From positions 32,001 through 96,000 of the IMG/VR virus record IMGVR_UViG_3300031867_000021: a DNA stretch of 64,000 bases, one strand, 5' to 3'. The notes beneath the pieces are model-generated. The model saw nothing but the letters and a program-made list of their open reading frames with translations, was not told the DNA's origin and searched no databases. Within the stretch, counting starts at the first letter, position 1, and each line of letters starts with the position of its first letter. The DNA comes from a virus (lineage: Duplodnaviria; Caudoviricetes). Positions 18,358-27,878 of this stretch are shown one piece after another. Both the position numbers and the translations under genes were made by a program.

Positions 18358-18698
18358 GGACTATCCCCCCAGACAAGCTCATACTCTTGGATGTTCGTCA
18401 CCATATTCGGCGTTTCGATCTTGTTAATCACAGGGAAACAGACAACCGCCCCACAGAGCTTGTAAGAAACCTGCTTCAGCAGGTCATTAAGCGAACCGTC
18501 TTCGGACGGCACAAGCGGGAAATTCCGCAGCACATCCTCGCCAGTGCTCACATCAATCACCGTGGCGAAATACTTCCCGACAAATTCCCGGTAATCCAGA
18601 ATCAGCCGGTATGTTCTGGCCTTCTCATTCGGCTGCACGTCCATCGTTTGAGACTGACTGACATAGTCAGGATTGATCTGCAGCATGATCTGTTCCAT
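18345..18698 (-). CDS. Baseplate plug-like protein
   Basis: Size, position and PLV...DLL.Q motif. Confidence 0.55.
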   Translation of the reverse strand: MEQIMLQINPDYVSQSQTMDVQPNEKARTYRLILDYREFVGKYFATVIDVSTGEDVLRNFPLVPSEDGSLNDLLKQVSYKLCGAVVCFPVINKIETPNMVTNIQEYELVWGDSPWTS

Positions 18699-18716
18699 TG
18701 CCCGTCACCCTCTTTC

Positions 18717-19661
18717 TCAGATGAAGTTCGCACCGACCCAGTTGACCCAGACCGAAGGAGTGCATCCGCTTGACTTTCCGGTATGCTTTGTGACTTCGGT
18801 GGATCTCTCTTCTCCGCCGCCGCCTCCACCGCCGCCTTCCGGCTTTTCCTGGAACGTAAGCTGCCCATACCAGCCGAAATGCGTGGTATCCGCATCCTGC
18901 GACAGGGAAAGCCCGGCCAGAAGCATATCCTTGTAGGTCATGAGGTTCGTGATCACATCCACAAGAACCCGGCTTCTTTTGATCTCATTCAGAACAATCA
19001 GAGCCGAAACCGACCGGGTTTTGTCCTTGTTGGTCAGGGCATTCCGGTCGGTGTAGACATCCGACATAATGACATCGAAAGTCACCTTGTTCGGCTCATT
19101 CAGGGCATTGTTGACATAGTCCGCGCCCTCTTTTGACGGCTCTTCCTCCAGCTTCAGCGTCATGGTGTGAGCAACTTTCAGAACGCCGTCCATCATGTAG
19201 GTTTCATTATTACTTTTGTTGTAGATATAGAAGGCCTGAGGAGTGATTGGGAATTCATTTGTGCCGGTGTAAGTGGAGGCCGGCATATTGCTTCCGCCGC
19301 CGCCTCCACCTCCGCCGCCACCTTCTCCACCGCCTCCGCCGCCTCCGCCTGAGCCGCCAGAACCGCCAGAGTTTCCATTCCAAATGCAGTTCATTCTCCG
19401 GCCACAGATACTACAGGTGGCATATTTCTTGTTTTCGGAGGCAACATGCACTGGCGTCCCGCTCGAATTGTGATCGCCAAATGCAGTTTGGGTGAATCTG
19501 CCATTCGTATAAGTGATCACTTTCCAATGTCTCGACGCATCATGCTGCCATGTTTCGCTGGAAACTTTAGCAACTACGTTTGCCGCAACCCTTTTGGCTG
19601 TAGTCACTGCCCTGCTCGCAGCATTTGCTGCAGCATTCACAATGTTCTGAATGGTTACCAT
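18717..19661 (-). CDS. Dit-like tail-tube initiator with extra N-terminal domain and poly-Gly linkers
   Basis: DGV....H......EP..EGA......NEP..V...VDVITNLMTYKDM motif directly after the tape measure gene. Confidence 0.65.
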   Translation of the reverse strand: MVTIQNIVNAAANAASRAVTTAKRVAANVVAKVSSETWQHDASRHWKVITYTNGRFTQTAFGDHNSSGTPVHVASENKKYATCSICGRRMNCIWNGNSGGSGGSGGGGGGGGEGGGGGGGGGGSNMPASTYTGTNEFPITPQAFYIYNKSNNETYMMDGVLKVAHTMTLKLEEEPSKEGADYVNNALNEPNKVTFDVIMSDVYTDRNALTNKDKTRSVSALIVLNEIKRSRVLVDVITNLMTYKDMLLAGLSLSQDADTTHFGWYGQLTFQEKPEGGGGGGGGEERSTEVTKHTGKSSGCTPSVWVNWVGANFI

Positions 19662-22600
19662 TACGCAAACACCCCCCTCAAAGTCCGAAGCAGATGGCGC
19701 TGCGCCGCATCATAAGCCCTTTCGCCGACATCCTCGGCTCCAACTCCGCTGGCCTGCACGTTGATATTGATCGGAGCGGTTACGGTATTGTTGTTGGTCA
19801 CAGAAGCGGAAGAACCCATCGCACTGGCAATGGAAGCATAATCCGCGCCAATCGTGTTTCCTCCGGCGCCGATTCCAAGGTCGCCGATGATTTTGCTTAC
19901 CGCAGAAGTGCCCATTTCACCGAACATCTGCTTGATGAGCTCCGCAGCCCGGCTCGGCTTCGTGATAGGAATGAGGTATTCAGGACCATCTTCGCCTGCT
20001 GTCAGGTTGTTAATTTCACGGCCGATACGACCGCCAAAGGCTCCGCGCGGTCCCGATTTCTTATATCCACTGCCGCCAGAGCCTTTGTCGCCATTTGGGA
20101 GCGAGCCTACGATGTTCCCCATTCGCATGTTGACCAAAATATTTATCTCGCCGGGGATCTCCTCCAGAGCGGGTGTAACCTCATCGTTTCCGACAAGAAG
20201 AGATGCTCTTGTTTCCGGCGTTCTGGATTCAAGCTCGTTGATCTTTTCCTCGGCTTCAGAGGTATCCATGGTCAGCTTGCCGACATTGGCTCCGGCCCCA
20301 CCTGGAGAGCCGCTGCTGCCAGAACCGGCAGGCGCGCTCGGCTGCGCATATTGACTATACGGTGAGAGCGGATCGTTTTTGAAATTGTACAGTCTGTTGT
20401 TTTGTACGTTTTCTGTACCCAATGGGGTCCAACCCCAAGGATCTCCACTGTAATCCCAATTATGTTCGATCCCTGTGTTCAAATATGGAATAAAGAATTC
20501 ATCAAACTTTTGGTTCCCGGTAAGTTCTCCAGAGGACATGAATTTGCCGTTTCGTATTGTAGTGTATTTAAAGAACGGTTCAAACTCATCATAAACACTT
20601 TTGGGAACAGTTGCTGTTTCCCCGCTGGATGATACGATTTCTACGGTCTGATTTCCTTTATCGTCTGTTCCTACGATTACATTCCCTTGCGCATCTTTTT
20701 TAGCGGAAGAGGAGCTTGGATCATCGCCAAAGAGTCTCAGAAAATCCTGGAAAACAGGGCTGGCTGCACTGAACAGATTCTGCATGATTGTTTGACTCCA
20801 CTCGGAAGCCAGTTGGGCTATTTTCCCAAAGATATCTCCAAAAATGGAATCTATGTCCAAATCTTCAAAGAGGAAATTCTTAAGTCCTCCGGTCTTTCCC
20901 CCATGTCCATCATCAACGCCGTTCAAGAACTCATCAAGCTTGTTGCTGAGCCGATTTTTAAATCCATCCTGCCCATTGGCTCCGTTCCACCACTCATCAA
21001 GCCCCTGCGTCAGACTCTGCCAGAGCGGTTCAAGAGCTTTGCGCAGACCATTATCACTCCGCATGGTGTGAGCTTCGTCGGCCCATGTTCCCATCCAGAT
21101 GGTTTCAAAAGCATCTCGAATGGTATTTATGTCATCCTGAAGGGTCTGCATTCCCTCTGCCGAGCTGTAATACTTGAACGCCTCAGCAAGTCCGGCAAAG
21201 ATTCCGAGAGCATCGCTCCCGGTGGCGGTTTTAACCGTCATGCCAGTAAAAAACGATTTCCAGAAACCGGTCTTTGTGATTTCCTCAGATACAGTTCTTG
21301 CTATCTGGTCTTCATTGCTTCCTTCAGAGAAAATCTTTGAAATAATACTCTGAAGCAATCCGCCGACAAGGTCACTGCCCGCCTCCAGAGCGTTGAATGC
21401 TGCCTTTAAACCTTCAAAAATGAGAGTTGCGATTGAGGTAAAGTCAACTCCCATGTTGGTTAGCATCTGCTCCGTTACTTTTTGACCATATTCATCGTCC
21501 GTCCAGTTCGGATCTCTTATGACCTGTTTCATCGCGTCTTCCCGCGCTTCGGTGAACATGGTCACAATGCCGCCGATGATCGAACCGACATCAGACACGC
21601 CGAGGAGCTTGAGTATCAGCCCGGCGCCAATACCAGAACTTACGCTGTTCCCGTGAGCAGCTTCTTCAATCGCCTGAGTCAGGGCTGGATTGTTTCCGGC
21701 AAACATCGTCGCAATCAACCCGCCGAGTTCTGCGGTAAGCCGGCCTCCGGCGCCAAGCGCGCCCGTCAGGGTTCCGATGATGTTCCTTGCAAGATCGATG
21801 ATTTTACTCTGTCCATCAGTTGAACCAATATATGATGTTACGGCACCGAAAATGCCTCCTACGCCCTCTGCGTCACCGATGAACAGATCCCAAATACTGA
21901 AATCGCTGAGTGTCTGTCTGATTTCCCCAAGCTTATTATTGACAGCCTCAAGCACCATCTCGAAAACGCCGGATACCCGCTCGCTGACGCTTCGGCCTTC
22001 GTTTTGCGGTCCCAGCAGGAAATCCCACATTCCAGTGAAGGCTGTTTCGGTATACTGATAGGTCTGTCCATTGACCACAGTGGTCGGATTATCAGGGGTC
22101 AGCCCGAGCCGCTGATTCCTCTGATAGTTGTTCATATCGTCGATGACGCCGCCGATAGCCGTAATCAGGAACAGGATCTGCCCTATCGGCCCGGATTTTA
22201 TCAGCCCCATAACGAATATAATGGCTTCACCGATCTTCCGAATCGCCGGGTCAATCTCATTCACGGTTTCCAGGATCCCGGTAAAGCCCTCCACGATTCC
22301 CTCCACGCCCTTGATGAATCCGGTGATGTAAGAGGAGATTTTCATCGTGATAGAATCCAGATTGTTCTGCAGCCACTTGGCAACGCCTCTGAGCTTGTCC
22401 GTAATCCTCTTGACCGGTTCCTCAATCTGCGTCAGAACCCTCGCACCGATCCAGTCCAGGACATTCTTGGCAGTCGCCCGAAGCTCCCAGAATGCACCAC
22501 GCAGACTTTTGAGTCCTTCAATGGTGTTGTTGATGTTGGGCATCGCCATCTGCTCGTTGATTTTGACAAGTTCCTGATAAGTCTTGTTCAGCTCTTTATC

Positions 22601-23008
22601 CGCTTTGACTTCCTTCAGGGTTTTGCCCATGGCCTGCAGCGCGTTTTCGGAAGCCCGAACCGCCTCCGTGGTCTTTTTCTGCTGCTTTGCCATCTTCTGG
22701 AGACTGAGCTCCGTATCGAAAATGCCCTTCGCGAACTTATAAATCGCGGTCGTCGCGGCGGCAAAAATACCCGCCAGAAGCATCGCGCGCTGTCTGGCGG
22801 CCTCGCTTGAATTCCCGAGCTTCTGCAGTTGGGATTCCGCGCCCTCAACGCTGTTCGCGAAACCCTCAACCGCAGCAGCGGATTCGGACACGGAAGAGGC
22901 CATTTCCATGGCTTTCGACTTCATCGAATCCATGAGTCCGAGCATCGAATTGAAACTTTGATCAATCTGCGCGGACAGCTTTATGGTTTGTTCGTTCTCG
23001 TTCGCCAC
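19661..23008 (-). CDS. Tape measure protein
   Basis: 1115 aa helical/amphipathic; AGEDGPEYLIP C-terminal motif; follows tail chaperones. Confidence 0.88.
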   Translation of the reverse strand: MANENEQTIKLSAQIDQSFNSMLGLMDSMKSKAMEMASSVSESAAAVEGFANSVEGAESQLQKLGNSSEAARQRAMLLAGIFAAATTAIYKFAKGIFDTELSLQKMAKQQKKTTEAVRASENALQAMGKTLKEVKADKELNKTYQELVKINEQMAMPNINNTIEGLKSLRGAFWELRATAKNVLDWIGARVLTQIEEPVKRITDKLRGVAKWLQNNLDSITMKISSYITGFIKGVEGIVEGFTGILETVNEIDPAIRKIGEAIIFVMGLIKSGPIGQILFLITAIGGVIDDMNNYQRNQRLGLTPDNPTTVVNGQTYQYTETAFTGMWDFLLGPQNEGRSVSERVSGVFEMVLEAVNNKLGEIRQTLSDFSIWDLFIGDAEGVGGIFGAVTSYIGSTDGQSKIIDLARNIIGTLTGALGAGGRLTAELGGLIATMFAGNNPALTQAIEEAAHGNSVSSGIGAGLILKLLGVSDVGSIIGGIVTMFTEAREDAMKQVIRDPNWTDDEYGQKVTEQMLTNMGVDFTSIATLIFEGLKAAFNALEAGSDLVGGLLQSIISKIFSEGSNEDQIARTVSEEITKTGFWKSFFTGMTVKTATGSDALGIFAGLAEAFKYYSSAEGMQTLQDDINTIRDAFETIWMGTWADEAHTMRSDNGLRKALEPLWQSLTQGLDEWWNGANGQDGFKNRLSNKLDEFLNGVDDGHGGKTGGLKNFLFEDLDIDSIFGDIFGKIAQLASEWSQTIMQNLFSAASPVFQDFLRLFGDDPSSSSAKKDAQGNVIVGTDDKGNQTVEIVSSSGETATVPKSVYDEFEPFFKYTTIRNGKFMSSGELTGNQKFDEFFIPYLNTGIEHNWDYSGDPWGWTPLGTENVQNNRLYNFKNDPLSPYSQYAQPSAPAGSGSSGSPGGAGANVGKLTMDTSEAEEKINELESRTPETRASLLVGNDEVTPALEEIPGEINILVNMRMGNIVGSLPNGDKGSGGSGYKKSGPRGAFGGRIGREINNLTAGEDGPEYLIPITKPSRAAELIKQMFGEMGTSAVSKIIGDLGIGAGGNTIGADYASIASAMGSSASVTNNNTVTAPININVQASGVGAEDVGERAYDAAQRHLLRTLRGVFA

Positions 23009-23019
23009 TTCAATTCACC

Positions 23020-23256
23020 TCAATTCTTTGCCGCGTCCATACTCCGCTTTTCGTTCTCATGCTGGACGTTTAATAGTTCAATCGCGTCCCACAGGTCATC
23101 CAGATTGTAGGTTCCGTCCCACAGCTCATGCTGCTTCCACATTCCGGCGGCTACGGGAGCGAAAAGTGTCTCATCTATGTTTTCGGCTCTTGCCGGGAGC
23201 CAATTTTGCGGCCGAGGAGAGAAGTCAAGCCGCTTTCTTCGAAAAAATCGGAACAA
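23020..23256 (-). CDS. Tail assembly chaperone, frameshift-extended (gpT-like) portion
   Basis: HELWDGTYNLDDL.DA.E motif; overlaps upstream chaperone in the -1 frame with no own RBS. Confidence 0.7.
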   Translation of the reverse strand: MFRFFRRKRLDFSPRPQNWLPARAENIDETLFAPVAAGMWKQHELWDGTYNLDDLWDAIELLNVQHENEKRSMDAAKN

Positions 23257-23666
23257 TTCAGCGCGACAACCTCATAAACCAGCCGCAGGCAGGCCATGAC
23301 GTTATACTCCAGCTCCTCCACCCCGAAATTTCCCCTCTCGTCCACAACCTGCTGATACCCGGCCGGAAGAGACATCTGCACCGTCTTCAGGCACAGGATG
23401 GTCAGCTTTTTCAGCTCTTCCTGCGACAGAGAAGCGAACATTTCAGGCAGCTGATTCGCAATCATATTGATATTGACAGTGAAGTTGTCTTTTTCCTCGT
23501 CCTCATTCTCAACGTTGAACTTGACCGCCGCCTGCAGCAGCGGCATCACCTTTTCCGAAACGACCTTCAGCAGGTACATTCCGTCATAGGCATTCATTTT
23601 CTTGATGTAGAACTTCCTAAGTTCCCCATCCACTTCAAACTCCACGTTTTTGGTGATTTCACGCAT
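23175..23666 (-). CDS. Tail assembly chaperone (gpG-like)
   Basis: Between tube and tape measure; ends ...N.SDFF. Confidence 0.75.
   Translation of the reverse strand: MREITKNVEFEVDGELRKFYIKKMNAYDGMYLLKVVSEKVMPLLQAAVKFNVENEDEEKDNFTVNINMIANQLPEMFASLSQEELKKLTILCLKTVQMSLPAGYQQVVDERGNFGVEELEYNVMACLRLVYEVVALNCSDFFEESGLTSLLGRKIGSRQEPKT
23241..23247 (-). other. -1 programmed ribosomal frameshift site T TTT TTC
   Basis: GAT TTT TTC GAA; -1 slip enters FRRKRLD of ORF 23020-23256. Confidence 0.75.
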
Positions 23667-23755
23667 GGTTTTGCCTCCTGTTTGATGGATCTCGACAGAA
23701 AAGCATCCGGCCGGGAGTTTGATTCCCGGCCGGATACTGGTGTGGTGATAAAAAT

Positions 23756-24190
23756 TTAGGTCTCGCTGATTTCCGCTGCCAGGAACGTATAGTTCCGGGT
23801 GGAGGAAGTCTGGTCGTAGTTCTCATCGGGCCACTTCTGCGGGGTCAGACCAACCAGAGTTGTGACTTTGCCACCCGCCGGGTCATTCAGCGTCATCTTG
23901 GTCAGCGCGAAACGATCCGTCGCCGCCGTGGTCAGATACTTGATGAGCTTGCGCAGATACTTATCCGCGGGAGAATTCTGCGGCAGCTCCAGAGCCACAG
24001 AGCCGTTCACGCTCCGCAGCTTATTCACGACTACATAGCCCGTGGCCGTCACAGTGTGGGAAGACAGGTCGCCCTGACGGGTAATCACCACCCGGCCGCC
24101 GCCTTCCTCGGAAATGACACACTGACCCACGTTGGGGTTGTTGATGGTCACTACGACATCCGCAAGGGAATATACAGAGAATTTATCCAT
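23756..24190 (-). CDS. Tail tube protein
   Basis: 144 aa after sheath; YS..DV.V.I...G.V.L.L.QNSP pattern. Confidence 0.75.
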   Translation of the reverse strand: MDKFSVYSLADVVVTINNPNVGQCVISEEGGGRVVITRQGDLSSHTVTATGYVVVNKLRSVNGSVALELPQNSPADKYLRKLIKYLTTAATDRFALTKMTLNDPAGGKVTTLVGLTPQKWPDENYDQTSSTRNYTFLAAEISET

Positions 24191-24204
24191 CCTGTCTCAC
24201 CTCC

Positions 24205-25299
24205 TTATTCCTGAACAGTCACATTGATCTCAATGGACTCGACAGAACCGCAGAAGCAGATCGCAACCTGAATCGGCATACCCTTCCGGGCGCGGCGGTT
24301 CGTTTCAGACTGATTGTCGAAGCTGTCCGCATACAGCGAATAACCCTTTTCCAGGGCATCCCCGGTCGCGATATTGCCGAAGGAGGCTCCACGCCAGATC
24401 CCGGGCTGAATATACCCGGCAGCCACGAAATTTTCCAGAACGCCGGTGATGACAGACATGAACCGGGTGGAGGTTGTGTCATTCTGCGGCAGTTTCCGCT
24501 CGCTGCTGCGCATAAGTGCCAGACAGGCTTCCTGAATTTCGGCGCTGAGCCGGTCCAGAGCGATGACTTCGTCCACGCGCAGAGAGCTTGCGGTCGCACC
24601 GAACTCCAGCATCGTGTGAGAATACCCGCGCACGACATAGACGCTGCAGTTGGCCCCGTGAAGGGTATCCACTTCGGCCTGCGTCAGCGTCGCGGGAGTC
24701 AGTCCGTTGACTTCCTTATACGCGAGCTGCCATGTGGTATCCGCATACTGAGAAGCACAGCCCATGGCCTCGCCCATGACCGCAGCAGCCTCGTTCGCGG
24801 CCGCGCTGTAATGGACATGAGTCCGGCGGCTGAGCCTGGAATCCAGCGTAGACAGAAGCCCGGAGGAAACCACGGTCGCCACGGCTCCGGTCACAGTCGC
24901 GAACTGCATACCGCGATTGATGGTATTCAGATACTCATCGATATCGCCCTGCTGCGCGGCGCTCGCGCCGTCCCAGTAAACGCCATACCACTCATTGCGA
25001 ACATTCCGAATCGCATCCAGAGCGGCGGAAACGCTTTCGCCCTCGCCGGCAGCACCGATAACCAGCATCGCCGGAGTGGGAGTCACGCCGAAATACTTCT
25101 GAGCCGCCAGATAAACACTGCTCGTTGCCGCAAAGTCTTCAGCGACCTTGGCCAGACTTTCATAAGCTTTGGCCCGAATTGCCGTCGTAAACGTCTCCGT
25201 CGCGGCGGTCACAATCAGTCCCACATCATAGTTGGAAGAAGAAGCTGTGGCCGCGGTAACGGATACGTTTACCTTTACTACAGGATCAAGTGTAAGCAT
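24205..25299 (-). CDS. Tail sheath protein (DUF3383-like)
   Basis: VV.VNV, Y.AA.KYF..TPTP, LAYK...G, KLPQND, YI.PG.W motifs. Confidence 0.85.
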   Translation of the reverse strand: MLTLDPVVKVNVSVTAATASSSNYDVGLIVTAATETFTTAIRAKAYESLAKVAEDFAATSSVYLAAQKYFGVTPTPAMLVIGAAGEGESVSAALDAIRNVRNEWYGVYWDGASAAQQGDIDEYLNTINRGMQFATVTGAVATVVSSGLLSTLDSRLSRRTHVHYSAAANEAAAVMGEAMGCASQYADTTWQLAYKEVNGLTPATLTQAEVDTLHGANCSVYVVRGYSHTMLEFGATASSLRVDEVIALDRLSAEIQEACLALMRSSERKLPQNDTTSTRFMSVITGVLENFVAAGYIQPGIWRGASFGNIATGDALEKGYSLYADSFDNQSETNRRARKGMPIQVAICFCGSVESIEINVTVQE

Positions 25300-25322
25300 T
25301 GATTCTTATCCTTTCCGGCGGT

Positions 25323-25883
25323 TTATTCCGCCACGTTAATTCCGACCTCCGGCACCTCTTCCACCGGGGTCATGCCCATCGTCTCGACAGACAGATAGGA
25401 CATTGAGAGCCTGAGATCACACCGCCTGCGCCACAAAGTTCCTTCCAGCTCCGGAACGGAAACTGGCCGGGGCGGCATCATACCGAGCCCATAATTGAGC
25501 ACGATCTTGTTTCTCCTGAGAATCTCTCTCGGGCATCCGTACCCGGTATCGATCATCAGGCGCGACCTGAAATCTTCCACCCGGTCCTCCGCGTTCGGCC
25601 CGTAAAAGGTGAACAGAACGGATACAGGAATCACCTTGGTCACCTCCAGCGCCTCTTCTGCCCCTTTTATAAAAACGCTGTTCAGATCCTCGCTGGTTTC
25701 TTCCTCGACCGCAAAAAAGATTACATCATCGTCGCTGTTGTACTGAGGCGTGGTTACGTCCGGCTCATAGGCAGGCACAATCCGATCCGCTGTGGACTGC
25801 GCATCAGGATCCATGCCAAACGCCGCTGCAGTCGCTTCGTAAACCGCATCCTTAACAACCTTAATCCATCCCAAAGGTACCAC
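25323..25883 (-). CDS. Neck/tail terminator protein
   Basis: FYGPNA...PEL....W.RR.DL motif; position. Confidence 0.7.
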   Translation of the reverse strand: MVPLGWIKVVKDAVYEATAAAFGMDPDAQSTADRIVPAYEPDVTTPQYNSDDDVIFFAVEEETSEDLNSVFIKGAEEALEVTKVIPVSVLFTFYGPNAEDRVEDFRSRLMIDTGYGCPREILRRNKIVLNYGLGMMPPRPVSVPELEGTLWRRRCDLRLSMSYLSVETMGMTPVEEVPEVGINVAE

Positions 25884-26247
25884 TCCTCACTCTGGTCGCG
25901 TAGGCCACAACGAAGCCCCAGTCTTCCCAATTGTCAACCCGCGTCACACGCCACCAGGAATTCTTGTAGAACACTTCATCCGCTCCGGTCGCTCCGGTTT
26001 CGTCTCTTGTGCCGGCCTGAAGCGTCGTCGTGGTTCGAATCACGATCTGCTCCGAAAGCTTGTCCTCGCTGGAATCCTGACTGGCTGATTTATCCACCGG
26101 CTGAATGTTGCCTGTGGCCTCGATGGGCACGAAACTCTTCTCGACAGTGGCGCGGCTTCGCACCAGTCTGGGCCTGCGAATCGTGAAAGATACGCCTCCA
26201 CCCAGCTCCGGGTCGTCCAGGATTTCGGTTACATCCGGGTTCAGCAT
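25861..26247 (-). CDS. Head-tail adaptor/stopper
   Basis: G.IQP...D.V.Y....WRV..V..W..WGF motif. Confidence 0.7.
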   Translation of the reverse strand: MLNPDVTEILDDPELGGGVSFTIRRPRLVRSRATVEKSFVPIEATGNIQPVDKSASQDSSEDKLSEQIVIRTTTTLQAGTRDETGATGADEVFYKNSWWRVTRVDNWEDWGFVVAYATRVRSGTFGMD

Positions 26248-26265
26248 GGGAACACCTCCCCTCCG

Positions 26266-26736
26266 TTATTTTCTCCGCACCTCATAGGAAATGGAGTTCA
26301 TCAGGGATCCGGTTTCAATCAGCGGCGAATTGAAACCCTTCTTTCTGACCGTTGACGGCGCGTTGGGCGGCGGGATCTTCCCGAACTGCTCTTTGACGGC
26401 CGCCACGCCGATCATTCCAGCCTTTTCGTAATACGGCTGAGCCGCTTCCGGCCCGCTGAGCAGGGCTTTCATCATGCCCTTCCGAATCAGCTGGTTCATC
26501 TGCTTTTTTGTTTCCTTCTCTTCAAGCCCGGCTTTCAGCACATTCCGGGGAGGAATGTTCCGGGCCGGACAGCCATTGCAGTGAAGGTACAGCAGATTCG
26601 CATTCTTGCCGCTGCCTCCGCCTCCGTCAAAAACGCCGATCGCAACTTCCGTGTTCGCGATGAAATCAACCTTTTTCGCGATGTTCAGGAACTCTTTCAT
26701 CTTGTCAAAGGTCATTTTCAGGGTCAGCAGAGTCAT
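26266..26736 (-). CDS. Neck/tail completion protein
   Basis: NIPPR...PPNAPST.RKKG.N.PLIETG.L.NSISY. Confidence 0.8.
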   Translation of the reverse strand: MTLLTLKMTFDKMKEFLNIAKKVDFIANTEVAIGVFDGGGGSGKNANLLYLHCNGCPARNIPPRNVLKAGLEEKETKKQMNQLIRKGMMKALLSGPEAAQPYYEKAGMIGVAAVKEQFGKIPPPNAPSTVRKKGFNSPLIETGSLMNSISYEVRRK

Positions 26737-26747
26737 CGGGCTTCACC

Positions 26748-27029
26748 TCATTTTTTACGAGTGGTTGTTTTCTTCACAACCGGCACTTCCTCGGCCTCTT
26801 CAGAGACTGTCGGAACAGGCCCTTCCCCGGCAGGTTTCAGATAGGGATCTTCCTCCGGCTGCACCTTAACCTCTACCAGCGCACCGGAACTGAGCGCCAG
26901 CCTGAAATACGGGTCTCTCTGGAACTCTTCCGGCACATCCTCCGTCTGCCAAGGATAGATATACATGAACTGACGGTCGTTCCGAAGCTTGATGGCATTC
27001 GGCGTTGTGTTCTTTACGAGCATGGTCAC
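26748..27029 (-). CDS. Hypothetical virion protein
   Basis: ORF in head-neck block; basic C-terminal tail. Confidence 0.6.
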   Translation of the reverse strand: MTMLVKNTTPNAIKLRNDRQFMYIYPWQTEDVPEEFQRDPYFRLALSSGALVEVKVQPEEDPYLKPAGEGPVPTVSEEAEEVPVVKKTTTRKK

Positions 27030-27038
27030 ACCTCTTCC

Positions 27039-27443
27039 TTACGGTACATATCTGCCGCCGGCAGTCGCGATCTTCAGGAGCTGAATGAGCTGCAACCCGA
27101 AAGCGGTCTGTTTCAGATCCCCGTATCCGGTGATAGAACCGACCGCAGAACCTTCGGATTTGGAAACGCTGACCCCGCCGACAGACTTGCTGAGCGCCTG
27201 CGCCGCAACTCCAGCCCCGGAAAGCTTCTTCATCGCCACGCCATCGGCAAGCCCACTCGGCACTTCCACGAACGTCTGCGCCCACAGCGTGAGCTTATGA
27301 GCCGTGTACAGCCTCCGGGCCTCCTCGGCCGCATCCAGACAATCCATAAAGCGCAGATTAGACTGGTCAATGTACTCATTGATCACCACATCGCTCACGG
27401 TGCTGAACTGCGGATAGAAGGCGAGAAAGTTTTCAAGCGTCAT
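27039..27443 (-). CDS. Head-tail connector (DUF4054-like)
   Basis: F...YPQF...LYTAH.L...SKSVGGVSVS...T.FG.Q. Confidence 0.82.
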   Translation of the reverse strand: MTLENFLAFYPQFSTVSDVVINEYIDQSNLRFMDCLDAAEEARRLYTAHKLTLWAQTFVEVPSGLADGVAMKKLSGAGVAAQALSKSVGGVSVSKSEGSAVGSITGYGDLKQTAFGLQLIQLLKIATAGGRYVP

Positions 27444-27805
27444 GCTTCATCTTTCCCCTCTGTTTTAGGCTCTGTGGCCTCTTCAGCGTTCTGGACGGGC
27501 TCCGCTTCATTCTTCTTCCGGGAAGCACGTTTGGGGGCATTCTGAGCCTTTTTCTCGGCAGTGTGGATTTCCTTGCCGTCCGCACCCAGCCCGAGCAGCG
27601 GCTCATTCTCCGCCTGGATCTTGTTATGCGGGGTCACAAACTTCAGCGAGCCATCAGCGGCCAGAAGATCGAACATTCTGGTTTTCTGGATCCACGCGGG
27701 CGCAGAGAGAACGCACCCGAGTTCTTTGGGCTTCACAGCATACACTTCCCCGCCATTTCCCTTGAACTCAGCGGCCACGGCGCAAATGATTGTGATAGTT
27801 TCCAT
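27440..27805 (-). CDS. Hypothetical virion protein
   Basis: AP.W......F.L...DG motif, after capsid gene. Confidence 0.65.
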   Translation of the reverse strand: METITIICAVAAEFKGNGGEVYAVKPKELGCVLSAPAWIQKTRMFDLLAADGSLKFVTPHNKIQAENEPLLGLGADGKEIHTAEKKAQNAPKRASRKKNEAEPVQNAEEATEPKTEGKDEA

Positions 27806-27878
27806 TTTTTGCCTCCTGTTTTCTGATAAGCCACGGGGCGCAGAGGAAAGCCCCTGCGCCCCATGGAAAGTCCGGTGA

